DNA from: Mobula hypostoma
Taxonomy: Eukaryota
NCBI RefSeq assembly: GCF_963921235.1
Contig: NC_086097.1
Coordinates: forward strand, 106,332,001 to 106,396,000
DNA: 64,000 nt
Direction of reading: 5' to 3'
Under the pieces are notes generated by a model that was not told the origin of the DNA, did no database searches, and was given only the letters and a program-made list of their open reading frames with translations. Both the position numbers and the translations under genes were made by a program. Positions 36,861 through 50,702 of the stretch are shown here, in pieces (the stretch's first letter is position 1; each line of letters starts with the position of its first letter).

Positions 36861-38345
36861 ACCCCGCCAACCTTCAGACTGCTTGCAATTTACATTAAGA
36901 ACTGAAGGCTGTTTCTCATTTATAAGCTGAGCAAGGAATACTTGTCAAAGTTTAACTTTGTCACAAACAACTCTAATGCTTTGAAAAGGTCATGCTGCTG
37001 TGCTAGAGAGCTGAGGGTAGCAATATACCTCTTAAACTCTGAAAGTGAGTATCATCACAGACCAAGCAAAAATGATGAGAATAGTACTGGATCATGAATG
37101 CAGAATATTGAAAAGGGTTTTTCAACATTCTCTGAATTCTTGACTTTCACAATAGGATCAACCTTGTCTTTTAAAATGTTTCAGCCTCTTTGTATCTACC
37201 CTCAGACTGAGACATACCACTTGTAGACATATCCAAAGGTACATGTAGACCTTTTTCATTTCATATTATGATTATACAGTTGCTGCAGTACTCCTCTCAA
37301 AATATATGGATAATCCTCTGCACTAGCTGCAACAAACCTGTTTGCAAAACCAATGATGTCCTGCAAAATTTTATGCATGCTGGACTGGAGGGCTTTGGTG
37401 AGGATTTTACTCTCTGGAAACTTTATGCACATTGCTATTATTGTCACATATACCGAGTTACAGTGAAAATCTTTGATGACAGCCACACAAATCATTTGAG
37501 GAAATACAAGGGAAAACAACACGAGAATGCAGAATAAGGTGTTACAATCACAGACAGTACAGGCAGACAATAAGGTTCAAGGTCAATATGAGGTAGTTTG
37601 TGAGGGCACACTTTATGGGTAACTGAGTACAAATTAGATCCTCTTATCTACTGAAAAGGTTTCTGCTTTCTAAATGTTTGACTGGCATTGGATCATAAGA
37701 TCTCATAATATGGCTGTACAATTTAGGATCATCAGTAATGTGATATGATCCCAACCATGAAAGGTAAAATCTCATCAGTGATCGGACTACCTATGCATAA
37801 GTTGAGTTTGACAAGAACCAGTTACTTGATACTGAAGTCATCAACACAGAATACATTTTGTATCCTTGTCGCAGAGCAGCCAACAGGTGGTTATCAACAC
37901 AGCAAAGTACTGCTGCACTGACAGTCAGAGGGATGCATAAAAGAATGCTTGGTGCTGACCATTAAGACATTCTTATGATCCAATTCCAGTCAAATATTTA
38001 GAAAGCAGAAACCTTTTCTGTAGATAAGAGGATCTAATTTGTACTCAGTTACCCATAAAGTGTGCTGATTAATAATCACTTATGCATGCACTCTTGAGAA
38101 GCCAGCCAGCCAACCAATTTACTAAGTAATCCAAGTACCTGAGATGCTGTGCTTTCCACAGTGATGTTAAAGAGATGAAATATTTTCTTTGTGAATACAA
38201 AGTCTTGGTGATTTGCCTGATACTACAGTGAGCAGCAAATTGAGAAGTAAGGTATAGACCTGCAGCTGCATTTGGTGAGGAAGCTGGAAGATGCCATGAA
38301 TTGAACAGGCTATGCACAGGAACAGGATGAAAGGTGACATGCACA

Positions 38346-38862
38346 CAGTGGCCACTTTGTTAGGTACATCAGTACAACTGCTTGTTAATGAAAATAACTA
38401 ATCAGCCAATCATGTGGCAGCAACTCATTGCATAAAAGCATGCAGATATGGTCAAGAGGTTCAGTTGTTGTTCAGACCAAACATCAGAATGGGGAAGAAA
38501 TGTGATCTAAGCAACTTTGACCATGGAATGATAGTTGGTGCCAGATGGAGTGGTTTGATTATCTCAGAAACTGCTGATCTCCTGGGATTTTAATGCACAC
38601 CACTCTCTGGAGTTTACAGATAATGTTGCAAGAAAAACCAAAATATAATATCCAATAAGCAGGAGTTCTGTAGGCAAAAATACCCTGTTAATGAGAGAGG
38701 TCAGAGGAAAATGGCTGGACTGGTTCAAGAAGGTGACGGTAACAACAGTGGTATGCAGAAGAGCAGTCTGCACGCACAACATGTCAAACCTTGAAGTGGA
38801 TGGGCTTCAGCAGCAGAAGACTACACTGGATTCCATCTCTGTACCCAATAAAGTGGCCACTG
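38346..38862 (+). mobile_element. Non-autonomous Tc1/mariner element
   Basis: TIRs cagtggccactttgttaggtaca / tgtacccaataaagtggccactg, enclosing a transposase N-terminal remnant. Confidence 0.85.
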
Positions 38863-39939
38863 GGGGTATCTCTGTAATGACAAACTTTGAAAACATGAGC
38901 CTGTGAAAACAAAGTTCTTCATCCAGGGTCAAGTAGATGTGGCAATTTTCAGGATTCTCCAGGTATAGGTTCTGTGCCCACAAGTCTGTGACTTCCACTC
39001 ACTGAACCTCCCAGGGTAGCATCCCAGAATTTTCAGTCTTGGAATGCTGTTACCATTAAATGCATAGACTGGATAAACACTTTCTTCAGCTGCCAGACAA
39101 ACTGTGCACATTGGAAAACGATTGAACAGTCTGCCCTGTCAGGGGTGGCCCTACATTAACTAAGTGTACCTTTAAATGGCAAGAACAGGATGCAATGTTC
39201 TCTTGAGTCACTAAGGCTGTTTACTGATAATTGTTGTGTATTGCTCTGAGCTGTCATTTACACTTCAAAGGATAGAAACGTACCTGATGAAAAGAAGATC
39301 AGCCATTAATAGGGATCATGTGAGGAAGTGCCCAGTCTAATGTGCAAATGGTACAAATTTATCTGGGAATGATCAATAACAAGATATATGCCAGATAAAA
39401 TCAATTTTAGACCGCTTTGCACATAAAAGTGCTCTGGACAATGTCTAAGCTCTGTTGTTGGATGACACTCAATAGGATTCATTTGATAATACAATTGAAA
39501 TAGAAGAACAAAACTTTGATCAAGGATAATAGGGAAACTGATATCATCCTAAAATATTTGAAGCATTGCTTACCAATTTTTATTATCCTGTTACAGTATG
39601 AGCTTATCACTCCTTTTAAATTCCCCATCTCTCTAAAATCCAGCCTTTTTTTTGCCTGAAACACTTTCTTGCCAGAATTCCAATAAAGATTCCTGAAGGC
39701 ACCTTATTTGTTGGGAAGCACTCTGAGTTCTCAAATTGAAGGTCAGGGCAAAGCAAAACAATATCATGTCCAGATTTTACTGCACAATATAATTTGTCTA
39801 TCTCACACATAATCTAGGATTGATGATGTTATAAGCATTTAAGGGTGTTTTATGATGTTCTTTGTTACGCTAAGATTATCTGAACTTCTCACAGAAGGCA
39901 ACATGAAAAGTTGAATTTATCCACACAGTACAGTATCAT

Positions 39940-40350
39940 AGTCAGAATCAGAAGAAATTTATTAGAACTGACATATATCTTGAAATTTGCTGTTTTGTGG
40001 CAGCAGTACAATACAAGACATAAAAATTACTGTACTATGTGTCATGATAAAGAAAGGCAATAAACTATGTAAAAGATGAATAGCGAGTTAACTCCCAATT
40101 AAGTATTACCACTGGTATGCCCTCTTCATGATTGCATCTCTATGCTGGGCCCAGGACAGATTCTCTGAGATGTTGACACCCAGGAACTTGAAGCTACTCA
40201 CCCTTTCCGCGCTGACCTTTCACTGAGGTCTGGCGTGTGTTCTCCTAGTTCCCCCTTGAAGCCCACAATCAATTCCTTGGTCTTGTGAGGTTGAGCGCAA
40301 GGCCATGGTGGTAAAATCACTTAATCAGCTGATCTATCTCACTCCTGTAA
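39940..40350 (-). mobile_element. Rex-Babar fragments
   Basis: (ctgatt) tail and FKFLG-encoding segment. Confidence 0.65.
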
Positions 40351-40561
40351 CACCTGAAATTCCCACAACCTATGACCAATGTTCCCTCTAATTTTTAGTA
40401 GTCAGTGTGTGCAAAAATCTTATGTTGTGCAAATTTTTTTTCCTGTGACAAAAGTATGTGCGTATTGAATGCACACATGGGACAGTTTATGTAGGTTTAC
40501 AAAATACTTGACATAAAACTGCACAGAATAACAACAAAATAACATACATATTTAAGTCACA

Positions 40562-41045
40562 CACACAAAAAATGCTGGTGAACACAGCAGGCCAGGCAGC
40601 ATCTATAGGAAGAGGTGCAGTCGACGTTTCAGGCCGAGACCCTTCGTCAGGACTAACTGAAGGAAGAGTGAGTAAGGGATTTGAAAGTTGGAGGGGGAGG
40701 GGGAGATCCAAAATGATAGGAGAAGACAGGAGGGGGAGGGATGGAGCCAAGAGCTGGACAGGTGATAGGCAAAAGGGATACCAGAGGATCATAGGACAGG
40801 AGGCCTAGGGAGAAAGAAAGGTGGGGGGGGGGAGAGAAGCCCAGAGGATGTGCAAGGATATATATAGTGAGAGGGACAGAGGGAGAAAAAAGAGAGGAAA
40901 AAAAGGGGAAAGAAAAAAATTATAATAATAAATAAATAGATAGATAAATAAATAAGGGACGGGGTACGATGGGGAGGAGGGGCATTAATGGAAGTTAGAG
41001 AAGTCAATGTTCATGTCATCAGGTTGGGCATATTTAATTTTTTAT
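40562..41045 (-). mobile_element. Penelope-like pLTR with 15-bp flanking direct repeat
   Basis: catatttaagtcaca at 40547-40561 and 41046-41060. Confidence 0.85.
40619..40654 (-). ncRNA. Minimal type I hammerhead ribozyme (Penelope-associated), intact core
   Basis: AGUC CUGACGA A GGGUC UC GGCCU GAAAC GUC GACU. Confidence 0.75.
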
Positions 41046-41399
41046 CATATTTAAGTCACAGTTATTTTTTCTCTCTCCTGTCTTTGGCATTTACCCATTC
41101 TTTGTAAACTCTATCTCGACTAATAGAACTTCCATCCCATTGACAGCTTTTGATTCTCATTAACATATCCAAATGACATTCACCTAAACGGTTTCTCAGC
41201 TTGTTTTTGAGTTGATTCATTAGGCTAAAACCTCATTCACAGTCTGTACTAGATGCAGGAAGGGTTCCCCCAATGTCCATCAACTGTGCAAGGTCGCAAA
41301 ACTGTTCATTTTGAAGTACAAATGCCACCATTTGAGCAAAGTTTGAAATCGGTTTGGATTTAATTTTTTCTTGCATGGAAAATTTGAAATCATTAAACT

Positions 41400-41670
41400 G
41401 TATGTATTTAGACAGTAAATTTACTTTGAACCTTGCCTCCATCTGCCAACAATAGTGGTGTCATCAGCAAATCTACAGTTGACATTTAAGCTATGCCTAG
41501 TCACACAATCATGGGTGCACAGAGAGTAGAGCTCTGGGCTAAGCACACATCTTTGAGGTGCGCCTGTGTTGATTGTCAGTGAGGAGATGTTATTACTGTT
41601 CTGCACTGATTGTAGTCACCCAATGAGGAAGTCAATGGTCTAGCAGCAGAGAAAGGCACAGAGGGCTACA
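41400..41670 (-). mobile_element. Rex-Babar fragment
   Basis: TGAPQRCVLSPELYSL and RFADDTTIVG motifs. Confidence 0.8.
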
Positions 41671-41899
41671 ATCTCACTGTTTTAACTCTATCATGTAATA
41701 CAAGGTCTGCAGTTGAAGCAAAACAATACGAAGTTAGAATTTTAGTGCGTCAGGTGTTTCAATAGTGAAAAAGAAACATAGCTCTTTTTTCATTAATGGA
41801 ATGAAAATGGCAAAACTTTTGACGTTAAGTTCAAAATTAATACTTAAAAATAAATGGTGCTCTTCTATGAATAAAATACCTAGAAATCAGCATGTATGA

Positions 41900-43200
41900 T
41901 AAAAAACACAATGAAGATCAAAAAACAGATTATGAGAGCAAAGAAGATAAAACAAAAGGCATAGTTGTCTCTCAAAAGATGAAACTGAAAGTTAATGATA
42001 AAGTAGTGAAGTGACAGATATTTTGAGTTGCCTTCTCAGAAAGAGGTACTTAAAGTATCCTAGTAATAGTGGGAAATCTGTGTCCAAGGTGGAAGGAGGT
42101 TAAAACAAACAATTATAATCACTTGAGATAAGATACCTGGCAAACTAGTGGGACTAAGTCTAGCAGGTATTTTGGAAATGATGCTCTGATCTTAGAATGC
42201 TGAAAGCAGAGGCAGCAAATATAGTAGATGCATTGGTTATAATCTTCCCAAGCATCTAGATTTTGCAAAAGGCTCCAGTAGACTGCAAATGTAACACTTT
42301 TAATCAAAAATATGAGGGAGAGAGAATTCAGGAAACTAAAACCAATCACCCTAACATCTGTCATTGGGAAAATGCTGGAATCCATTACTTAGAACGTAAT
42401 AGCAGGAAATTTAAAACAAAATCATAATACAATTAAGGAGAGTCAACATGGATTTTCTGAAAGTGAAGATAATTTTAACAAGCTTATTAGAGCTCTTTAA
42501 GGATGTAATGACTAGGCTGGATGAAGGGGAATGAGCAGATGTTGAGAAGATTTTTCATAGGGTGCCACCTAAAAGATTATTACTCCAGGTAAGAATGTGT
42601 GGTATTGAGAATATATTATCATAGAAGGAAGTCTAGACAGAAATTAAGAGAGTAGGAAATTAGATAATTTTCCAATAGGCAGGTTGTATGTAATGGAGTT
42701 ATTGACTGAGAAATCAGTGCTGGGACCTCAATTATTTACAATACAGTATATATTAATCACTTAGATGAAAGGACCCAGTCATTGAATACAGAAGTAGGGA
42801 GGCCATGCTCTAACTAGAATACTGCATCTAGTATTTGGTCTCTAATGAATTGGAAGGATGTGATAGCAGTGGGAAATTGCAGAGGAGATTCACCACAATG
42901 ATGCTTGGGATGAAACAGTTCAATTATGAGGAGAAGTAAGCCTGCACCTCTCTGGAGCAGAGAAGGTGAAGAGGAAACATGATTGAGGTATATAACATTA
43001 TGCTGCATATGTATAAGATAGACCCGTAGAAAATGTTTCAATTCATCACAGGTGGATAAAACTGGAGCATATGTGTTAACAGTAAGGGTGAAGATATTTA
43101 AAGGAGATATGAAGGGGACACTGTTCAGTGGTAAGTACCTGAATGCCCTGCCTGAAAGTGGTTGATCCTAGCTTGTTGACAACATTGAAAATGTGTGTAG
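41900..43200 (+). mobile_element. Old CR1 remnant
   Basis: Decayed ANVT.L.K, P..LTSVIGKMLESI and SQHGF-like segments. Confidence 0.6.
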
Positions 43201-43204
43201 AATG

Positions 43205-43565
43205 ATAAACACTTGAATTGGAGCAGCTGGTAGATTGGTGTGAGAAGGCCAGCCTGCTGTAGGCCTGAACATGGAGAAGACAAAAGAAATCATTGTGGAC
43301 GTCAGGAAGGTGCAGACGAATCATCCTCCTCTGCAAATACATTGCTCCCCTGTAGAGAGAGTTAAGTGCACCACATTCCTGGGAGTTCACATCATGGATG
43401 GCCTCAACAGGTCCCTTAATATCACCTCCCTGAACAAGAAGGCAGAGCAGCACCTCCACTTCCTAAGATGATTGAGGCAAACAAGGCTCCCCCTCTATTT
43501 TAACTGCATTTTACAGGAGCACCATTGAGAGCGTCTGAAAAGTTGCATTTCCATCTGGAATGGAT
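43205..43565 (+). mobile_element. Rex-Babar RT fragment
   Basis: KTKEIIVDVRK, FLGVHI and KKAEQHLHFLR motifs. Confidence 0.8.
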
Positions 43566-43569
43566 GCAT

Positions 43570-46500
43570 AAGACCATAACATAAAGGAGCAGTTTAAGTT
43601 ACTTGATCCATATCAAGTAGGATATGAGGCTCAAAGTTTTCGGACGGACTCAAGAGTCGGCTGTGGTCGGGTTTTTGTCAGTTTTTCAGTCTTGGTCTGT
43701 CTTGTGTTTCTGTGGATATCATACTGGTGGAACATTGTATCATTTCTTAATGCATGCATTACTAAATGACAATAAAAGAGGACTGCGTGTCCTCATAATC
43801 ATAATCATAATAATATAGTCTGATCTGCCATTTTATCATGGCTGATCTAATTTTCCTCTCAGCCCAAATCTCCTGTCTTCTCCCCGTATCCCTTCATGCT
43901 CTGAACAATCAATATTCTATCAACCTCTGCCTTAAATATATATAAAGACTTGGCCTCCACAGGTGCCCGTGGCAAAGAATTCCAGTGTTTCACCAATCTC
44001 TGGCTCAAGAAATTCCTCCTCATCTCCATTTTAAAAGGAAGCCCCTCTATTCTGAGGTTGTGTCCTCTGATCTTAGTTCTGCCACCATCGGAAACATCCT
44101 CTCCATATCCATTCTTTCACTGTCTGATACGTTTCAATGAGGTCACCCCTCATTCTTCTGAATACCAGTGAATACAGGCCCAGAGCTATCAAAAGCTCTT
44201 AATATGACAAGCCATTCAATCTTGGAATCATTTTTGTGAACCTCCTTTGACCCTCTCCTGTTTCAGTACATCCTTTCTAAGATAAGGGACCGAAAACTGC
44301 TCACAATACTCCAAATGAGGCCTCACCAGTGCTTTATAAAGTTTCAACATTGCATCCTTACTTTTATATTCTAGTCCTCTGGAGAATAAAACCAACATTG
44401 CATTTGCCTTCCTCACCACAGATTCAACCTGCAAATTAACCTTTAGGGAATCCTGCACAAGGACTCCCAAATCCCATTACACCTCAGTTTTTTGTATTTT
44501 CTCTCCATTTAGAAAATAGTCAACCCTTTCAGTTATTCGACCAAAGTGCATGACCGCATACTTCCAGACACTGTATTCCATTTGCCATTTCTTTGCCCAT
44601 TTTCCTAATCCCTCCAAGTCCTTCTGCAGCCTTGCCACTTCCTCAAAACTAACTGCCCCCCACCTATCTTCAAATCATCTGCAAATTTTGGAACAAAACC
44701 ATCATTTCCATCATCCAAACCATTGACATATAATGTAAAAATAATTGGTCCCAACACAGACCCCTGTGTCCACTAGTCACTGGCAGCCAGTCAGAAAAGG
44801 CTCCCTTTATTCCCACTCTTTGCCTCCTGCCAATCAGCCGCTGCATTATCCATGATAGAATCTTTTGTGTAATACCATGGGCTTGCAGCTTGTTAAGCAG
44901 CTTCATGTGTGGTACCTTGTCAAAGCCATTTGGAAAATCCAAGTACACAACATCCACCAATTCTCCTTTGTCTATCCTGCTTGTTATTTCTTCAAAGAAT
45001 TCCAACAGATTTGTCAGGCAAGATTTTCCCTTGAGGAAACCATGCTGACTATGACCTATTTTATCATGTGCCTCCAAATACCCTGAAACATCATCCTTAA
45101 TAATCAACTCCAATATCTTCCCAACCACTGAAGCCAGACTAACTGGCCTATAGTTTCCTTTCTTCTGCCTCTCTCTTTTCTTGAAGAGTTGAGTGACATT
45201 TGCAATTTTCCAGTCTTCTGGAACCATTCTAGAATCTAGTGATTCTTGAAAGATCATTACTAATGCCTCCACAATCTTTTCAGCCACCTCATTCAGAACC
45301 GTGGGGTGTACATCATCTGGTCCAGGTGACTTATCTGCCTTCATACTTTTCAGTTTCCCAAGAACCTTCTCCCTAGTTATGGTAACTTCACACTCTTCAT
45401 GCCCCTGGACATTTGGAACTTCCACTATACTGCTAGTGCCTTCCACAGTGAAAACAGATGCAAAATAGTTATTCAGTTTGTTTGCTATTTCATTGTTCCC
45501 CATTACTACCTCTCCAGCACTTTTTTCCAAACAGTCCAATATTCTCTCAGCTCTCTTTTACACTTTAAGTATTTGACGAAACTTCTGGTATTCTCTTTAA
45601 ACTTACTGGCTAGCTTACTTTTGGATTTGAATTTTACCTTAATGACTTTTTTATTTGCTTTCAGTTGGTTTTTAAAAGTTTACCAATCCTGTAACTTCCA
45701 ACTAATTTTTGCTCTGTTATATGCCTTCTCTTTGGTTTTTATGTTAGCTATGACTTCTCTGTTAGCCATGGATGTATCATTTTTGCATTGGAATATCTCA
45801 TCCTCTTTGGGATGTATATATCCAGTTCCTTCTGAATTGCTTCCAGACATTCCAGCCATTGCTGCTCTGCTGTCATCCCTGCCAGTGTTCTTTTCCAATC
45901 AGTTCTGGCCAACTCTCTCTCATTGCTCTGTAATTCCCTTTACTCCACTGTAATACTCATGCATCTGACTTTAGCTTCTCCTTGACAAATTTCAGGGTGA
46001 ATTCAATCATATTATAATCACTTCTCCCTAAGGGTTCTTTTACGTTAAGTTCTCTTATTGATTTTGGTTCATTGCACAACACCTCAATCTAGAGTAACTG
46101 ATCATTTAGTTAGTTCAACCACGTGGTGCTCTAAAAAGCCATCTCGTAGGCACTCTTAGAAATACTCCATCCTGTAATCCAGTACCAAACTGATTTTTCC
46201 AATCTACTTCATATTGAAGTCCCCCATGATTATTGTAACATTGCCCTTTTGGCATGCATTTTCTACCTCCTGTTGTAATTTGTAGACCACATCCTTACTA
46301 CTGTTTGGGAGTTTGTATACAACTCCCATCAGGGTCTTCTTACCCTTGCAGTTCCTTAGCTCTATCCACAATGATTCAACACCTTCTGATCCTATGTTAC
46401 CTCTTTCTAATGATTTGATTTCATTTTTTTGGCAACAGGGCAACACTGTCCCCTCTGCCTTCCTGCCTATCCTTTCAATTCAATGTGTATCCTTGGACGT

Positions 46501-47455
46501 TAAGCTCTCAACTATAATCTTTCAGCCATGACTCAGTGATGCCCACAACGTCATACCTGCCAATCTGCAACTGTGCTATCTTATTCTATATACTTCGTGA
46601 GTTCAGATACAACACCTACAGCCCTCTATTCACACTTTTCAACTTTGTCTGCCTCTTATGTTGTAACTCATCCTGTTGACTGTAATTCTGCCCTTTCAAC
46701 AGCCTCTTCCCACTACATATTGCCTCTGTTCATAAACCCGCTACCTTACTTTCAGCATTATTATCCGCCTTTCCTATGATTCTTCTGGCATTGAAACATA
46801 TGCAGCTTAGGATATTGGTCGCTCCATGCTCAACCTTTTGATTCCTAATTTTGTCTGAGTTCTTACCAACATCTGTCTCCACTACCTCTCCACTAACTGT
46901 CCTGGCACTCTGGTTCCCATCCCCCTGCAATTCTAGTTTAAACCCCACCATGCAGCATTAACATACCTTCAAACTAGGATATTAGTTCTCCTCCAGTTCA
47001 GGTGCAAATTGTCTGATCTGTACAGGTCCCACCTTCCCTGGAAGAGATCCAGAATTGGAATGATCCAAAAATCTTATGCCCTCCCTCCTACACCAACTCC
47101 TTAGCCACCTATTAAACTGTATAATCTTCTTATTTCTGGCCTCACCAGCATGTGGCAGCGGTGGCAATCCTAAAATCACAACCCTGGAGTCCTGCCCTTT
47201 AACTTAGCACATCCTGAACTCCCTATGCAGAACCTCATCACTCATCCTACCCATGTCATTGGTACCTACATGGACCATGACTTTTGGCTGTTCATCCTCC
47301 CACTTAAGAATGCTGAGAACTCAATCCTAGATATCCAGCCCTAGTACCCAGGAGGCAACATACCATCCGGGAATCTCGTTCTCCCACACAGAATCTCCTG
47401 TCCTCTCCCCTAGCTAATGAATCCCCTATCACCACAGCATGCCTCTTCTCCCCTA
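43570..47455 (-). mobile_element. Decayed CR1 LINE (ORF1 end to 3' end), with a short (CATAAT)n-tailed insertion at ~43600-43815
   Basis: ORF 44670-45539 (PEDWKIANV, NYRPVSL, SQHGFLKGKSCLTNL) plus endonuclease IMGDFN. Confidence 0.9.
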
Positions 47456-47724
47456 CAAAGGACTGAGAGAACAGCTGAGAGGATCATAGAGGTTTTCCCA
47501 GCATCCTTCAGGGACATTTATCAGGAGCACTGCTTACACAGGGCCCTTAGTATTATTAAGGATCCCACTGTATGAGAGCATAATTCTATACATGTATGTG
47601 TGTGGTAATCAAATTTGCTGCTAATGCAAAGGTAGGAAAGCAAATTGTGAGGAAGACACAGATATTACATATCGAATATAAATGCCCTAGGCAAACGGGG
47701 AAGAATTGGGCAGAAGAGTACCAA

Positions 47725-48050
47725 TCATTTATCTTCTCCCCATAAACTTTACACTCTCATTAATCAAGAACCTACCAACCTCCGCTTTAAACTTACCCAA
47801 AGACTTGGCCTTCACAGACACCTGTTGCAATGAATGCCACAGATTCACCACCCTCTGGCTAAAGAAATTTCTCCCCACCTCCGTTCTAAAGGGACATCTT
47901 CTGGTCCTAGACTTCCCCACTATAGGAAACATTCTCTCCACAAACACTATCTAGGCCTTTCAACATTCGATAGGTTTCACTGAGATCCCCCCCTCATTCT
48001 TCTAAACTCCAGTGAGTACAGGCCCAGAGCCATCAAATGCTGCTCCTATA
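47725..48050 (-). mobile_element. CR1 3' fragment
   Basis: FFSQRVVNLWHSL motif. Confidence 0.8.
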
Positions 48051-48532
48051 TTTCGTCTGGGTAGCCTCCAACATGATGGCATGAACATTGACTTCTCTGA
48101 CTTCCGCTAATGCCCCACCTCCCCCTTGTACCCCTTCCGTTATTTATTTATATACACACATTCCTTTTCTCTCTCTGTCCCTCTCACTATACCCCTTGCC
48201 CATCCTCTGGGTTTTTTTCCCCCTCCCCCTTTTCTTTCTCCCTAGGCCGCCTGTCCCATGATCCTCTCATATCCCTTTTGCCAATTAACTGTCCAGCTCT
48301 TGGCTCCATCCCTCCCCCTCCTGTCTTCTCCCATCATTTTGGATCTCCCCCTCCCCCTCCCACTTTCAAATTTCTTACTAGCTCTTCTTTCAGTTAGTCC
48401 CGACGAAGGGTCTCCGCCCGAAACGTCGACTGTACCTCTTCCTAGAGATGTGGCCTGGCCTGCTGCGTTCACCAGCAACTTTTATGTGTGTTGCTTGAAC
48501 TTCCAGCATCTGCAGATTTCCTCGTGTTTGCG
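48051..48532 (+). mobile_element. Penelope-like pLTR inserted in CR1
   Basis: Near-identical in reverse to 40562-41045; hammerhead at ~48396-48431 with a U4>C change. Confidence 0.85.
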
Positions 48533-50202
48533 TTAACCATTTCATTCCTGGGATTACACCCAACAGTCCTCTAACGCTTCAATCTGTTTAGCACCCAATC
48601 TTCCAAACCAGCACTTAGCCTTCAATTCCTCTTTTCTTGGTTAAAGACCTAACCCTTGGTTACCAAGTCACTCTGATAGGTCAACACTCTGATAGGTCAA
48701 GTATCTATCCCTTGTTGTATTTACAGAAGTGTCACAAACTCCAGATATTCTCTGATCGAGGCTTTGTGTAACAGTGGCATAATTTCCATTCTCTTATATC
48801 CAATCCTTCATCAGTTCCCCATTTTCGCATTACAAAGTGTACTGACCTATCCAAAGTGGTATTCTGTGTCATCTAAGAATTTTGCAAATTCGGGATCTAG
48901 GTAAGTACATGGACTGAAGTTGTTCAGAGTGCGGTTGGCCTACTGCATGACTCTATAACTCTATCAGGACAAAGATCCCTGCCATATCCTGCAAATGCAG
49001 TTAATTCACCATTAACTGTAGCCTCTATCACCTGAAAATGAGACAATTTCCAGCCTTATAGAATGCTCACATAATTTATGTATGAATTAATTTACGTGAG
49101 TAAATAATTTATGCATTGTAGCTTGGGCAGACATCTCTGTGGAGTAGAAATTTCCGGTCATCTCTAAAGGACACTGACCCTTCCCCATCCCTGAACAATG
49201 TCCTTTCAAAAACCATCAGCTAGTTGACCCAGAGCAGTTAAGACACCCAGACAAGCACCTAAAGCTCTTCCATATCAATAATGCAACTATCTACCGCTTC
49301 GATTCAACCACAGAAGCAGCACTTACTGGGTATGTACAACAGAAAGGATAGCCATTAAAGAACTATGCAGGAGGGATCAATTAACAGCTCTTTTGATATT
49401 TTGAGTGATTGGCTTTGACTTTTATTACTTGCACAGAAGTATGATAAAATGCAGAGATGGCAATAAGGGATCTGTGTCACTTACATGACTTAGATTTCAC
49501 TATACGTTATTGGAAGGACAGTGGGTCTCTTTGAGTTAGGTATCTATTATTCATCAGTTATTGTCATTCAGAATGTGGAAAATATATCTTCCTGACTTCC
49601 TACAATGTCTGTTGGAGACACAAGACTGCAAATACTGGAACCTGGAGCAGCAAACAATCTTCTAGAGGAGCTTATCAGGCTGTTGGGGGTGGCGGGGGGA
49701 GAGACACGGAATAATTGACATTTCAGATTGAAACCCAGCATCAGGACTTGTTTGTTACAATACCTGTTAATGGGGCAGCTCCCATATGCCAATGGGGAGC
49801 TTACAGGAAAAGGAAGATAGATTTGCAAGTGAAGTGGTTTGCAGCACTGCCAATGTTAAAGACTCCAAGTCAATGCCTTTCCAAGTACCACTTCTTCTGA
49901 TGGGGAAACAGAGTTGCTTCCTTCCAATCATAAAAAGGGTACGTAGGTGTGGTTCACAAGTTTGGCAGTTTAACTGGCTGCTGGATTGTAAATGAAACAA
50001 ATAAAGCAAATTCAGGAAAATTTTGGAGCTGAAGGGAATCTCTGTTGCAATAAAGACAGAAGCCAAGGTTATCATTAAATGGGAGGCAGAAGGCATGCTA
50101 AAAATATCACCTTTTAGCAACTTCAATTTGTCAAGGAAGAATTATTGAAAGTTACATAGTTATAAGAGTAATGTGTAAGGGTAATGTGTAAGGGTAACGT
50201 GT

Positions 50203-50498
50203 GTGGGCACGTGGCCAAGTGGTTAAGGCATTGGACTAGCGACCTGAAGGTCGTGAGTTCAAGCCCCAGCCGAGGCAATGTGTTGTGTCCTTGAGCAAGG
50301 CGACGACACTGGTGCCAAGCTGTATGGGTCCTAATGCCCTTCCTTTGGACAACATTGGTGTCATGGAGAGGTGAGACTTGCAGCATGGGCAACTGCTGGG
50401 GTCTTCCACTTATTGCCATCTTGCCCAGGCCTGTGCCCTGGAGAGTGAAGACTTTCCAGGCACAGATCCATGGTCTCGCAAAACTAATGGATGCCTTA
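50203..50498 (+). mobile_element. tRNA-derived SINE with RTE-like tail
   Basis: A box TGGCCAAGTGG, B box GAGTTCAAGCC and TSD aacgtgt on both sides. Confidence 0.85.
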
Positions 50499-50683
50499 AA
50501 CGTGTAACAGAAGCAAAGATCTTAATAACTCTATCCTTCCTCTAATCTTGGAACGTTCCCTCATTACTTATTTATTCCAATATTAATCGGTGTATTGGGT
50601 GAATTTGTAGGAACTTTCTTTTGTATTCACTGTATGAATCCATGCACAATTCTGAAAATCTGCATCTTTTTTATTTTCTCTAG

Positions 50684-50702
50684 GCACCATGGTCTTCTGA
50701 AG
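50684..50702 (+). other. Candidate 19-nt micro-exon
   Basis: tctttt ttattttctctAG|GCACCATGGTCTTCTGAAG|GTAAGT, lying in unique sequence. Confidence 0.5.

Larger units (their letters stand above)
40376..41400 (-). mobile_element. hAT transposon 3' remnant (dimerisation domain), interrupted by a Penelope-like insertion
   Basis: - strand reads LPASSTDCE*GFSLMNQLKNKLRNRLGECHLDMLMRIK, a hAT C-terminal motif. Confidence 0.75.

Noticed and set aside
48895..48910. Splice donor tag|gtaagt
   Set aside because: It lies at the start of a CR1-like tail remnant, with no matching acceptor or open exon.
50205..50275. tRNA gene
   Set aside because: It has A/B boxes but no complete acceptor stem, and continues into a SINE body flanked by a TSD.
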